Assembly (NCBI GenBank): GCA_963791045.1
Contig: CAWBQK010000013.1
Span: 256,001 to 320,000, forward strand
DNA: 64,000 bases
DNA from: Candidatus Latescibacterota bacterium
GTDB lineage: Bacteria > Krumholzibacteriota > Krumholzibacteriia > WVZY01
Reading direction: 5' to 3'
A program made the position numbers and the translations under genes. Of the stretch, positions 40,186 to 50,077 are shown piece by piece. Under the pieces are notes generated by a model. It did no database searches, was not told the DNA's origin, and saw only the letters and a program-made list of their open reading frames with translations. Positions within the stretch are counted from its first letter, which is position 1, and each line of letters starts with the position of its first letter.

Positions 40186-43100
40186 CTAGTCTTCTCCCAA
40201 TGGAATCAACACACGGACCCGGGTTCCTCCGCCCTCAATATTGTCGAACATCACTTTCCCCCCGAATACATGCGCCCGCTCCCTCATTCCCAGAATCCCC
40301 AACCCCTCTTTTTGCTGCAGGTTATCCTCGGGAAACCCCTTGCCGTCATCGCTCACATCGAGCAAGAACCTGTCCTCTTCGGCGTGGAGTTCGACCAGCA
40401 CCCGTCGCGCGCCCGAGTGCCGTCCAACGTTGGTGAGGATCTCCTGGAAAATCCGAAATACGGCTGTCGATTGGTCGGGATCGAGGCCCAAATCGACTTC
40501 TTCGAGGTGGTGCTCCACAATCCGGCACTCCACATCGGTACGGCTCTGGAATTCCTGCGACTGCCATTCGATGGCTCCAATGAGCCCCAGATCGTCCAAA
40601 ATCATCGGCCTGAGCTGGGCCGAGATCTTTCTTACCGACTTGACCGACGCGTCGATTTCGGTGTTCATCAATTTGATCTTTTTTTCTAGTTCGATTCTGT
40701 GCTCACCCTCATCACTTCGGTCCAGTCTTTTTTCGATCCACTTGAGGTCCATTTTGATTCCCGTAAGAATCTGACCCAACTCATCATGAATCTCGCGGGC
40801 GATACTGGCGCTCTCCTCCTCCCTGATCTCGTGAACCCTTAGAGCGAGCGCCCGAAGCTGTATTTGCGATTCCCTTATCTCTACTTCGGCAGTTTTGCGA
40901 TCGGTCACGTTGAGGGCGATCGCAAGACAACCGATAATCTTGTCTCGGTCGTCACGCAGCGCCTCGGTGTGCACCTCCCACACGCTCTCGCCCCATTTGA
41001 ATTCCCATGTCGTCGGCTCCCCATCGAGGGATTTCCTGTGCATTGCGATCGGATAAAAATCCGGATCGTCGGTGTCAAAAAACTCGTAGAGACTCATTCC
41101 AACAACTTGATCGGACTCGAGGCCGAGCGCTTCCAATCCGGCCCCCATGCTTGAGGTAAATTTGAGGGATCGGTCGGTTGTCCACAAGATCGCCGGGATC
41201 TGGCTGACAATGAGACGAAGCCGGTCGTCAGCCTCACGAATCAACCGTTCCGCCTCGAGAAGATCCGTGGTGTCGTGGGAGACGATCTGGACGCCCATGT
41301 TTTTCCCATCTGCGTCTATCACCGGTTGGACCATCGAACGGAAATGTCTTTTGCCCGACGGCACTTCGACATCGTCTTCGAATTGCGCCCCCGCGCCTGA
41401 CTCCAGCACTCTTTTGTGTCTGGCCAAGAGTTCGCGTGCGAGTTCTTCCGGGAACAATTCCCGGAGATTCTTGCCCACGAGTTCTTCCGCCGTCGACCTC
41501 AGGTTCTCCGCGCCAATCTGGTTGACGAGCAGGAGGTTCCCATCCGTATCCCAGAAGGTCACCGGTGTTCCAGTGTTCTCGACCAGAAACCGGTAATTCT
41601 TTTCGCTCTCGCGGAGTGCCTTTTCGATCTCTTTGCGTCTCGATATGTCGACATCCATGCAAATAAATTCTCTCACTCCCTCGGCGAACGGGATGGAGAA
41701 AATTGTCGAGTATGCGGTTCCTTCCGAGCCGTCTTTCCTTTTGAAATTCCATTCCGCCGGGCCGGAGGGAGTATTCGTCCGACCCACCTGTTCGAGGACC
41801 GCACGGAATTCGACGGCGCCCTCTTCATCGAGAATCAAATTGTCGAGGGTTTTGCCGACCGCTTCGTTCGACGACCAGCCGTACATAACTTCAGCCGCGC
41901 GGTTCCAGAACAACACCTCGCCATTTTTGCCATATCCTTCGATCGCCACATTGGGAGTAGCGGAAATGATCGATCTCAGCCGCTCTTCACTCTGGCGGAG
42001 GGCCTCTTCTGCTTGTTTGCGCTCGGTAATGTCGATATTCACGCCGACTAATCCCTGAACCCTCTCCCCGTCGTAAACCGGCGACATGGTATGGAAGATG
42101 GAATTCTCCTTGCCATCGAGGTTGAACGATATCTCGTCCTCGACCTGCTCGCCCGCCAGCGCCTTTTCTATATTGGGCACCCAGATATCAAGGACGTCAG
42201 AGCCCAAATCCGTTTCGTGGAGGAGCTTCCCGACAATATCTCCCCACCTCTCCCTGGAGTGCGAATTCTGCATAACGCACCGGCGGTCTTCATCGAGGAG
42301 GTAGAAGTCGAAGGGGATGCTCTCAATAGCCGTTCGGAACCTGGCCTCGCTCTCCCGTAGCTTGCCCTCCGCGATGGTGCGGGCCGTCACATCCTCGGTA
42401 TGAACGAGCACGATATCGGGATGGATGAAGGCGTAAGAAACATTGAGATATTTGGATGTACCGGTGGATTTGAAGTGATACAGCATACTTGTCCGCAAAG
42501 AACACTTCTCGTCGTAACATTGCTTCATCTGATCGCGGATCTCCGGTTGATCCCCAAACAACTTGGCCGCTGTAACACCGAGCTGTTTCCCGATCTGTCC
42601 TTCGGTGATCTTTTCAGCCGCCAGGTTAAAATCTGTCAGAAAGAAATCTTTTCCCCGCTTTTGCCATGTATACACGGGGATGGGAAGCTCCTTGTACTGT
42701 GCTTTAAATCTCGCTTCGCTCTCACGAAGCGCATCCTGGATCTTTTTGCGGTTCGTGATATCCCTCGCCATTCCCTGCGATCCGGTCACATCGCCGCCCT
42801 TCCACATGGGTGTCGCGTTGACCTCCAGACAGACCGGCTTTTTGTTCTTGTTGAAAATCCGGAAATCGAGACCTCTCACCTCACCACCCATCCTCGTCGA
42901 CATGAATCCTTCCATGACTTTGTCAAGATCCTCCGGCACGATGTGTTCGCGGAAATCTGTGCCTATGAATTCATCCTGCAAATAACCAAGAATACGCGTG
43001 AGCGCCGGTGAGCAATACGTAATCTTGCCTTCATTATCGAGCTGATAAATAGCATCTGAACTTGTTTCGGTGATTCTCCGAAACATTTCCTCGCTTTGTT

Positions 43101-43596
43101 TGAGCCTGTCCTCGTTGGCCTTGCGATCGCTTATATCTTTTGAGATGCCAAAAAAGTGAGTCTTGCCGCTTCGAGTCGTTATCATCCCGGGCGTGAACAG
43201 AAGGGGGATTCGAACACCGTCTTTCCGATCGTACGCCATCTCAATCGCCACGAACTCACCGTCCATCATCTTTTGGCGGTGTTCATCGACCTTCGCGAGC
43301 TCTTCTTGCGGCCACCCCGGGAGAGGCGGCGCCGCCCCGATCCACTCGTCACGGGGGTATCCGGTAATCTCGCAGAACGCATCGTTTACCTGCAAAACCG
43401 TAAACTGATCATCGCTGACAATAAACCCATCCGGTGAATTCGCGATAAGAGCCTCGGAATACGCGCGGGCGTCATCCAGCTCCGTGACCCGCCTGGTGAG
43501 GAACTCGCGGCGAACCCGTGTCATCACAAGCCCGCCGAGCACGAAACCGAGCACGGCGACGGCAACTATCAACAAGGTGATTTCGATCGAACCCAT
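40186..43596 (-). CDS. Multi-PAS sensor histidine kinase (HisKA_3)
   Basis: N-terminal TM helix, about seven PAS/PAC units (DITERK-like ends), IAREIHDELGQ, QEILTN, DDGKGF, GLGILGMRER. Confidence 0.93.
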   Translation of the reverse strand: MGSIEITLLIVAVAVLGFVLGGLVMTRVRREFLTRRVTELDDARAYSEALIANSPDGFIVSDDQFTVLQVNDAFCEITGYPRDEWIGAAPPLPGWPQEELAKVDEHRQKMMDGEFVAIEMAYDRKDGVRIPLLFTPGMITTRSGKTHFFGISKDISDRKANEDRLKQSEEMFRRITETSSDAIYQLDNEGKITYCSPALTRILGYLQDEFIGTDFREHIVPEDLDKVMEGFMSTRMGGEVRGLDFRIFNKNKKPVCLEVNATPMWKGGDVTGSQGMARDITNRKKIQDALRESEARFKAQYKELPIPVYTWQKRGKDFFLTDFNLAAEKITEGQIGKQLGVTAAKLFGDQPEIRDQMKQCYDEKCSLRTSMLYHFKSTGTSKYLNVSYAFIHPDIVLVHTEDVTARTIAEGKLRESEARFRTAIESIPFDFYLLDEDRRCVMQNSHSRERWGDIVGKLLHETDLGSDVLDIWVPNIEKALAGEQVEDEISFNLDGKENSIFHTMSPVYDGERVQGLVGVNIDITERKQAEEALRQSEERLRSIISATPNVAIEGYGKNGEVLFWNRAAEVMYGWSSNEAVGKTLDNLILDEEGAVEFRAVLEQVGRTNTPSGPAEWNFKRKDGSEGTAYSTIFSIPFAEGVREFICMDVDISRRKEIEKALRESEKNYRFLVENTGTPVTFWDTDGNLLLVNQIGAENLRSTAEELVGKNLRELFPEELARELLARHKRVLESGAGAQFEDDVEVPSGKRHFRSMVQPVIDADGKNMGVQIVSHDTTDLLEAERLIREADDRLRLIVSQIPAILWTTDRSLKFTSSMGAGLEALGLESDQVVGMSLYEFFDTDDPDFYPIAMHRKSLDGEPTTWEFKWGESVWEVHTEALRDDRDKIIGCLAIALNVTDRKTAEVEIRESQIQLRALALRVHEIREEESASIAREIHDELGQILTGIKMDLKWIEKRLDRSDEGEHRIELEKKIKLMNTEIDASVKSVRKISAQLRPMILDDLGLIGAIEWQSQEFQSRTDVECRIVEHHLEEVDLGLDPDQSTAVFRIFQEILTNVGRHSGARRVLVELHAEEDRFLLDVSDDGKGFPEDNLQQKEGLGILGMRERAHVFGGKVMFDNIEGGGTRVRVLIPLGED

Positions 43597-43758
43597 GGTT
43601 AAAACCTTAGAAACTTCAATTCCGCCTACTGGCGCTGCATGGGACCGGAAGGCGATGTCAACGGAGGGAAGGACTGTAACTCATACACGTACTGTACAGT
43701 TACACCGCGCCCCCGTCAACCCCAGTTGTCGGCCGGCCGAGAAACCATGAACGTCCAC

Positions 43759-43800
43759 TTGACAAAATGAAGGATTATTTATATCATGAATCATTGTTCA
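43759..43800 (+). promoter_or_regulatory. Sigma70 promoter with overlapping palindromic operator (probable TetR site)
   Basis: TTGACA-17 nt-TATCAT (43759-43787). TGAA-TCATTG-TTCA at 43787-43800. Confidence 0.7.
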
Positions 43801-43839
43801 CAACATGAATCACGACCGCGAAGACGATCGGCGGACAAA

Positions 43840-44496
43840 ATGACCACACCAAGAAAAACGACCAGAAAAGAGAGAGAGAAACAACGGCACAAAACCGAAA
43901 TTCTCCTCGCCGCCGAAAGGGTTTTTGCTGAAAAGGGCTATGAAAGAGCCCGGATGAGCGATATTGCGATCGAGGCGGAGTTCAGCGTGGGGTACCTTTA
44001 CCAGACATGGGAAAGCAAAGAAGACCTCTACGCCTCTCTTTTTGAATCCAAATACAAAGAATTCAAGAAATTCGTTCAGAAAAGAATCGCCACCACAACC
44101 GATCCGCTCAAACAAGTCAATCTTCTCATCGACAGCTCAGTCGATTTTATTGACGAGAACAGACCTTTTGCCAGGCTTTACCTGGCGGAGACATCCCCGT
44201 CGGAGATTCGATTGCTCGGAACGATGGGCGCACGGATCAAAAGGCTGCATAACGCTTACCATCAATTCGTGGAAAAAATATTTGCAGGCGGCGTGGAGCG
44301 TGGCGTGTTTGTCTCGGTCTCCCCCGGGGATCTTGCTCTCGCTCTCGACGGCATAATCTTCGCTTTCGCCAAAGACCATGTCAAAAGCAACTCGAGCAGG
44401 AGTTTTACCCGCCGCGGCGATGTCATCAAACAGATCTTTTTCAACTCAATTCTGTGCAAACCGACTCGGGCGAAAAAGGAAGTGAGGAAATCATGA
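43840..44496 (+). CDS. TetR/AcrR family regulator
   Basis: ILLAAERVFAEKGYERARMSDIAIEAEFSVGYLYQTWESKEDL HTH. Confidence 0.92.
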   Translation: MTTPRKTTRKEREKQRHKTEILLAAERVFAEKGYERARMSDIAIEAEFSVGYLYQTWESKEDLYASLFESKYKEFKKFVQKRIATTTDPLKQVNLLIDSSVDFIDENRPFARLYLAETSPSEIRLLGTMGARIKRLHNAYHQFVEKIFAGGVERGVFVSVSPGDLALALDGIIFAFAKDHVKSNSSRSFTRRGDVIKQIFFNSILCKPTRAKKEVRKS

Positions 44497-45851
44497 CGAG
44501 GAGAGCCTGCATCCTTGCCGTCCTGATCATCTTTTCGTTATCCACCCCGCGGGGGGCCGCGCCGGTTCATTCGCAAACGACTCCGGACGCCCCCGTCGAC
44601 ACACTGCAGCTTGGACTCGACGACGCGATCCGGATTGCGCTGCAGAACAACGAGGAAATAGGGATCGCCGAGGCCGGGCTCGACCGGGCCAAAGGGACCA
44701 AGAAGCAGGCCACGGCGGCGGCACTTCCCCATCTGGGATTCAGCGCAAGATATACGAGGAACATCCAGATACCGGTGATCTTTTTCAACGATCCTGCATC
44801 CAACGAAGTCATTCCAATTGAGATCGGCCAGGCAAACGATTATCTGATGAACTTCTCGCTCGACCAGGTCGTCTACGCTTTCGGCCGGGTTGGCGGCGCG
44901 ATCAAGGCGGCGGACTATTATCTCAAGAGCAATGAGGCGGCGCTTGAGTCGACGAAACAAGACGTGAGACTCCAAACAGAGGTCGCCTATTACGACGCTC
45001 TGTTTGCCGTGGAAGTCCGGCGGATCGCAATCCAGTCCCTGGACGCAGCAGAAAAACACTTCGAAGAAACAAAACGAAAACTGCGGCAAAACATGTCGTC
45101 ACGATTCGACTCGGTCCGCGCGGAAGTCGAAGTCAAAAACCGTGAACCGGAGGTTCTCAACGCGGAGAACGCGATACGGATCGCTCGCCTCAATCTCAAG
45201 AGAGTTATGGGCATAGATCGGACTATTCCGATCGCGCTCACCGACACGCTGGTCTTCGAGCCCGAAGTCTATTCGCTGGATGAAGCGATCAGGGAGGCAC
45301 AAATCGCGCGGCCGGACATCCAGGCGCTTCGGCTCCACGTCGCGATGACCGACAAACTTTACAGTGTTCAGAAACGCTGGAATCTCCCGTATCTTTCGCT
45401 GTTCGGAAGCTACAACTTTCAGGCCCAGACGTCGAACGATCTCATTCCGCCGAGTGACTCGTTCATCAAAAGTTTTGGCCTCGGGCTCTCACTCACTTTT
45501 CCAATCTTCGACGGGCTGGAGAACCGCGGAAAAGTCGCCCAGGCGCAGGCCGATCTCTCCGCCGCCAAGTACACTCTGAAGAGGTTGGAAAATGTCGTAG
45601 CGCTCGCCATCAATGAACTCTACGATCAGATGGGAGCCGAAGAAAAGAACCTGAGAAGCCAACAGGCCACCGTGGGGATGGCGGAAGAAGCATACCGCCT
45701 CGCGCTGGTACGGTTTACGAACGGCCTGTCTACAAACCTCGAACTCGAAGATACCGAACTCGCGCTTACCAGCTCGCGGCTGAATTATTCCGAGGCGGTT
45801 TACCGCTACATGGTCGCCAAGAAACGATTCGAATACGCAATGGGTCACTAG
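44493..45851 (+). CDS. TolC family outer membrane factor
   Basis: Signal peptide, LDDAIRIALQNN, TFPIFDG, RFTNG. ATGA overlap with tetR. Confidence 0.9.
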   Translation: MTRRACILAVLIIFSLSTPRGAAPVHSQTTPDAPVDTLQLGLDDAIRIALQNNEEIGIAEAGLDRAKGTKKQATAAALPHLGFSARYTRNIQIPVIFFNDPASNEVIPIEIGQANDYLMNFSLDQVVYAFGRVGGAIKAADYYLKSNEAALESTKQDVRLQTEVAYYDALFAVEVRRIAIQSLDAAEKHFEETKRKLRQNMSSRFDSVRAEVEVKNREPEVLNAENAIRIARLNLKRVMGIDRTIPIALTDTLVFEPEVYSLDEAIREAQIARPDIQALRLHVAMTDKLYSVQKRWNLPYLSLFGSYNFQAQTSNDLIPPSDSFIKSFGLGLSLTFPIFDGLENRGKVAQAQADLSAAKYTLKRLENVVALAINELYDQMGAEEKNLRSQQATVGMAEEAYRLALVRFTNGLSTNLELEDTELALTSSRLNYSEAVYRYMVAKKRFEYAMGH

Positions 45852-45876
45852 TCACTAGTGGTGAGGAGCCATTCAG

Positions 45877-46989
45877 ATGAAATCCAAACGGGTTGCGATA
45901 ATTGTCATTGTGGCGGTCGTGGGACTGCTTTCCGCCCTTTTTGCCTGGCGCTTCATGGGATTGAAGGACCGGACGGCGGCGAAGAGCATCGATGAAATAC
46001 AGACCGAGGAAGGGATCCCTGTCGATGTTTATATCGCGGGCAAAAGCACCGTGTCGATGCATCTCGAAATCATGGGGAGTGTCCGCGGCGTCGAGCAGGT
46101 CAATATTACGAGTTCGCTCGCCATCGATATTACGGGCATCGCGAAACGCGAGGGCGATGTTGTAAAGAAAGGCGATGTCATTATCAAGCTAGCCCGAGAC
46201 CGCCGCGGCAAAGCCTACCACCAGTACACGATGGCGAAACAGGCGCTCGACAATGCAAAACTCGACCTGGAGCGGATGGAGAATCTTTTTTCGGAAGGCG
46301 CCGTTTCCGGACAAGCGCTCGAACAGGCTCGTCTCGCGTACGAAAACGCCAAGGCTCAGTACGACCAGGCGGCCTCGGTCGTCGACCTGGTAAGCCCCAT
46401 CGACGGCGTCGTCACAATGATAAACGCGACCGTGGGGTCGCAGGCCTCACCGGGAATCCCTCTTGCGACCGTGGCATCAATCGGCAAAATGCAGGTCCGT
46501 TGCCAGGTCGGTTACGATGAAGTTTCGCAACTCAGCGTCGGACAGACGGCGTATGTCGAGATTCCATCCAGCTCCGGTCGCTCCAGATCCACGGGCGGAC
46601 AGAGCGAATCGATCGAAGGAAAAGTAACACGCGTATCTCTGTCCTCCGATCCGAACTCGAGACTCTTTCTCGTTGAAGTAACCGTCGATAACCCGGAGGG
46701 CAAACTGAGGTCCGGAGTCATCACAACGGCGTCCGTTCTCGTCGATGAAAAGGACGATGTCATCGCAATCCCAGCCGAAGCCCTGCTCGAACGCGGGGGC
46801 AAATTATTTATTTATAAAGTCGACTCGAACCGTGCGGCGCTCACGGAGGTGACTTACGGGATGGATAACGGCACTCTGCTCGAAATGCGTTCCGGGGTCG
46901 CCGAAGGAGATACCGTCGTTGTTCGGGGACAGCACCAATTGACCGACCAGGTCCGCTTGAAGCTTCACAGCGTCGAAAGGAATGACTAA
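45877..46989 (+). CDS. RND periplasmic adaptor (MFP)
   Basis: EGDVVKKGD, LVSPIDGVV, IAIPAEAL, GDTVVVRG. Confidence 0.9.
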   Translation: MKSKRVAIIVIVAVVGLLSALFAWRFMGLKDRTAAKSIDEIQTEEGIPVDVYIAGKSTVSMHLEIMGSVRGVEQVNITSSLAIDITGIAKREGDVVKKGDVIIKLARDRRGKAYHQYTMAKQALDNAKLDLERMENLFSEGAVSGQALEQARLAYENAKAQYDQAASVVDLVSPIDGVVTMINATVGSQASPGIPLATVASIGKMQVRCQVGYDEVSQLSVGQTAYVEIPSSSGRSRSTGGQSESIEGKVTRVSLSSDPNSRLFLVEVTVDNPEGKLRSGVITTASVLVDEKDDVIAIPAEALLERGGKLFIYKVDSNRAALTEVTYGMDNGTLLEMRSGVAEGDTVVVRGQHQLTDQVRLKLHSVERND

Positions 46990-46992
46990 GCG

Positions 46993-49900
46993 ATGTTTCT
47001 CGCCCGCATGGCAGTTCGCAAACCCGTACTGACGACAATGATCGTTTTGTCGTTCGTGGTCCTTGGTTTCTTCTCCTGGCAGCGACTCGTTGTCGATATG
47101 CTGCCCGAAGTGGATTTCCCCTATGTGACGATTACCACGATCTATCCCGGCGCCGGTCCGTCTGAGGTCGAAACTCAGATAACCAAAAGGATCGAGGACG
47201 AGGTCAGCACGATCGCGAATCTCAAATCGCTCGATTCGATCTCGCGCGAAAATCTGTCGCTGGTCATTCTTGAATTCGAGCTCGGTGTAAACGTCGATAT
47301 CGCCGCAATCGAAGTCAAGGATAAGGTAGACGCGATCTTCTCCGATTTTCCCGATGACGCCGACCCGCCTGTAATCGCCAAGTTCGACATAAACGCGACG
47401 CCGATTATATACCTCGCTATCTCGAGCACGCGGCCGCCCGAAGAGGTCTACCAGACCACCAAGAACGAGATAAAAGATTTCCTGTCACGAGTGGATGGGG
47501 TGGCATCGATCGAGATCACCGGGGGCCGCGAACGCGAAATCCAGGTCGCCGTTGACAAAAAGCTTCTCAAATCGTACGGACTGTCTCTCGTCGAGATCGT
47601 GGGCGCGATCGCTTCCGAAAATATCAATGTTCCCACCGGCAGAATCACGGAGACCCGCCAGGAGTTCACCCTGAGACTGCTCGGCGAGTTCAAAAGCCTC
47701 CGCGAAATGAGGAGAATCCGGATCCCCATCGAGAACGGTTCGATACCTCTCGAGAACGTGGCTGAAATCATTGACGGCTTCAAGGACCAGAGATCGCTGG
47801 CCCGTTTCAACCGCGAGACCACCGTCCAGGTGTCGATCCAGAAAAGGTCCGGCGCGAACACCGTCGAGGTTTCCGACGGCATCTACGCGGCGCTCGAAGA
47901 ATTAAGGGAACTCGTTCCTTCGGATTACAATATTGCCGTGGCCCAGGATGAATCGAACTTTATCAAGGACGCCGTAAAAGACGTCACCCAGAATATCTTT
48001 CTCGGCATCTTACTGACCACGGTGCTCTTGTATCTCTTTCTCCACAACATCCGTGTCACCCTGGTAGCCGCGGTGGCAATGCCGACATCGGTTATCGCCA
48101 CGTTTCTACTTATCGACAGCGCCGGGTTTACCCTCAATATTCTTACACTTATGGCGCTCGGTATAACCGTCGGTGTCCTCGTCACCAACGCGATTGTCGT
48201 TCTCGAGAACATAATCCGCCACCTCCAGATGGGCAAATCCCCAGACGAAGCCGCCATTGACGGCACGACCGAAATCGCCGTGGCCGTCGTCGCCAGCACG
48301 TTGACAAATATTGTTGTTTTTACCCCGATCGCATTCATGAGCGGTATAATCGGACAATTTTTCTTTCAGTTTGGTCTCACCGTCGTATTCGCGACGCTCT
48401 TTTCTCTCCTCGTGTCGTTCACGCTGACGCCGCTCCTGGCAAGCCGCTTTTTCGAAAGCTCCAAGATCGAAGTTGGTGATGAGGAGGGCTCTTCGATACA
48501 TCACTCGCCAAGGAAAATCGCTCTGTTCGATAGGTTTGAAACGGCGTGGGATAGTTTTTATAACGGGCTCGAATCCCTCTACAAGGGGAGTCTCATATGG
48601 GCATTGAGACGCCGGTTCATCACGATTCTATTTGCCGTGGCGCTTCTTGCCTTTTCGTTCTTCATCTTCAATAATCTCGGCGGCGAATTCATGCCGACGC
48701 TCGACGAGGGATTCATCACCATAAAGATCGAAACACCCGCGGGGAGCAACCTCGAAGAAACCAACCGTGTGCTCCAACAGGTGGAAGAGATTCTTGAAAA
48801 TGAGCCGGAAACGGTGTCGATCCTCGCATCGGTCGGCGGAGCAAACCTCGGTGTCGAGGATGGGACGATTATTCTGAAGGTAGTGGCGAAGTCCGAGCGC
48901 GAATTAGGAATCATTGACTATACGAACTCGCTCAAGCCGAAACTTGCCGGGATACCCGGCGCCAAGATCCGTCTCTCGGTAGGAGCGGGAGGCGGCGGTG
49001 GGGACGAGGGAGACATCTCTCTCGAACTTACCGGGCCGGACCTCGACGTACTGGAGACCTTCTCCAAAGAGATCCTTGATTCGGTTATGACCGTGCGCGG
49101 TCTGGCGGGAATCAAATCGAGCGTGGAGGCGGAAAAACCCGAGTTGATTTTTGTTCCCGACCGCAAGCAACTCGATCGCTTTGGTTTGAACTCCGCCATG
49201 GTAGCGATGGCGCTTCGCACCGGCTACGAAGGCGAGATCGCGTCGCTCTACCGCGAGTCCGACGAGGAATATGACATTCGAGTGAGATACAGTGAGCCGG
49301 ACAGAAGAAACCGGGAATCTTTCTATTCGACCGAAATCAAGACAGACAACGGCAATGTGCCCCTCACCCAGCTCGGTGACATCGTCGTGGGCACATCTCC
49401 CGGTGAAATACTCCGTAAGGATCGGCAAAGACTCGTCAGGATCGACGCGACGGTGGCAAGCAAGACCCTGTCAGAGTTGGTCGCCGAGATCCAGGTAAAG
49501 CTCAAAGACCTCGACCTGCCCCCCGCATACCGCCTGGACTACGGCGGGATGTATGAGTTTCAGCAGGAATCGTTCGCGTCGATGTTCCAGGCCCTGTTTC
49601 TCGCCATCTTATTGACCTACATGGTGCTCGCCGCCGTTCTCGAGTCCTTCGTTCATCCCATTACCGTCATGATGACGCTGCCGCTCGGTCTCGTAGGAAT
49701 GGCGTTCGGACTGTTCCTCACTGGCCAGTCGATCAATATCTTCTCCCTGATGGCGTTTATCATGCTCGTCGGCATCGTGGTCAACAACGCCATCCTGCTC
49801 CTCGACTATACGGGCGTACTCCGCAAAAAAGGAATGTCGCGACGGGAGGCGTTGATCGAGGCGTGCCCGGTGCGGCTCCGCCCGATCATTATCGCGAACA

Positions 49901-50061
49901 TGGCGATTGCCATCGGGATGCTTCCTCAGGCGCTCGGCGGCGCGGGGAGTGAGTTCAGATCGGTGATGGCGGTGGTGACGATGGGCGGCGTTCTGGTGTC
50001 GGCGGTCTTCACCATGTACCTGATCCCGGTGATCTACGACCTCCTCGACCGCGGCAAATAG
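46993..50061 (+). CDS. RND efflux permease (AcrB/SwrC-like) with atypical TM4/TM10/TM11 motifs
   Basis: YPGAGPSEVE, 12-TM architecture, VTNAIVVLEN, VVNNAILL, RLRPII. Confidence 0.92.
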   Translation: MFLARMAVRKPVLTTMIVLSFVVLGFFSWQRLVVDMLPEVDFPYVTITTIYPGAGPSEVETQITKRIEDEVSTIANLKSLDSISRENLSLVILEFELGVNVDIAAIEVKDKVDAIFSDFPDDADPPVIAKFDINATPIIYLAISSTRPPEEVYQTTKNEIKDFLSRVDGVASIEITGGREREIQVAVDKKLLKSYGLSLVEIVGAIASENINVPTGRITETRQEFTLRLLGEFKSLREMRRIRIPIENGSIPLENVAEIIDGFKDQRSLARFNRETTVQVSIQKRSGANTVEVSDGIYAALEELRELVPSDYNIAVAQDESNFIKDAVKDVTQNIFLGILLTTVLLYLFLHNIRVTLVAAVAMPTSVIATFLLIDSAGFTLNILTLMALGITVGVLVTNAIVVLENIIRHLQMGKSPDEAAIDGTTEIAVAVVASTLTNIVVFTPIAFMSGIIGQFFFQFGLTVVFATLFSLLVSFTLTPLLASRFFESSKIEVGDEEGSSIHHSPRKIALFDRFETAWDSFYNGLESLYKGSLIWALRRRFITILFAVALLAFSFFIFNNLGGEFMPTLDEGFITIKIETPAGSNLEETNRVLQQVEEILENEPETVSILASVGGANLGVEDGTIILKVVAKSERELGIIDYTNSLKPKLAGIPGAKIRLSVGAGGGGGDEGDISLELTGPDLDVLETFSKEILDSVMTVRGLAGIKSSVEAEKPELIFVPDRKQLDRFGLNSAMVAMALRTGYEGEIASLYRESDEEYDIRVRYSEPDRRNRESFYSTEIKTDNGNVPLTQLGDIVVGTSPGEILRKDRQRLVRIDATVASKTLSELVAEIQVKLKDLDLPPAYRLDYGGMYEFQQESFASMFQALFLAILLTYMVLAAVLESFVHPITVMMTLPLGLVGMAFGLFLTGQSINIFSLMAFIMLVGIVVNNAILLLDYTGVLRKKGMSRREALIEACPVRLRPIIIANMAIAIGMLPQALGGAGSEFRSVMAVVTMGGVLVSAVFTMYLIPVIYDLLDRGK

Positions 50062-50077
50062 AAACCTCCAATACATT

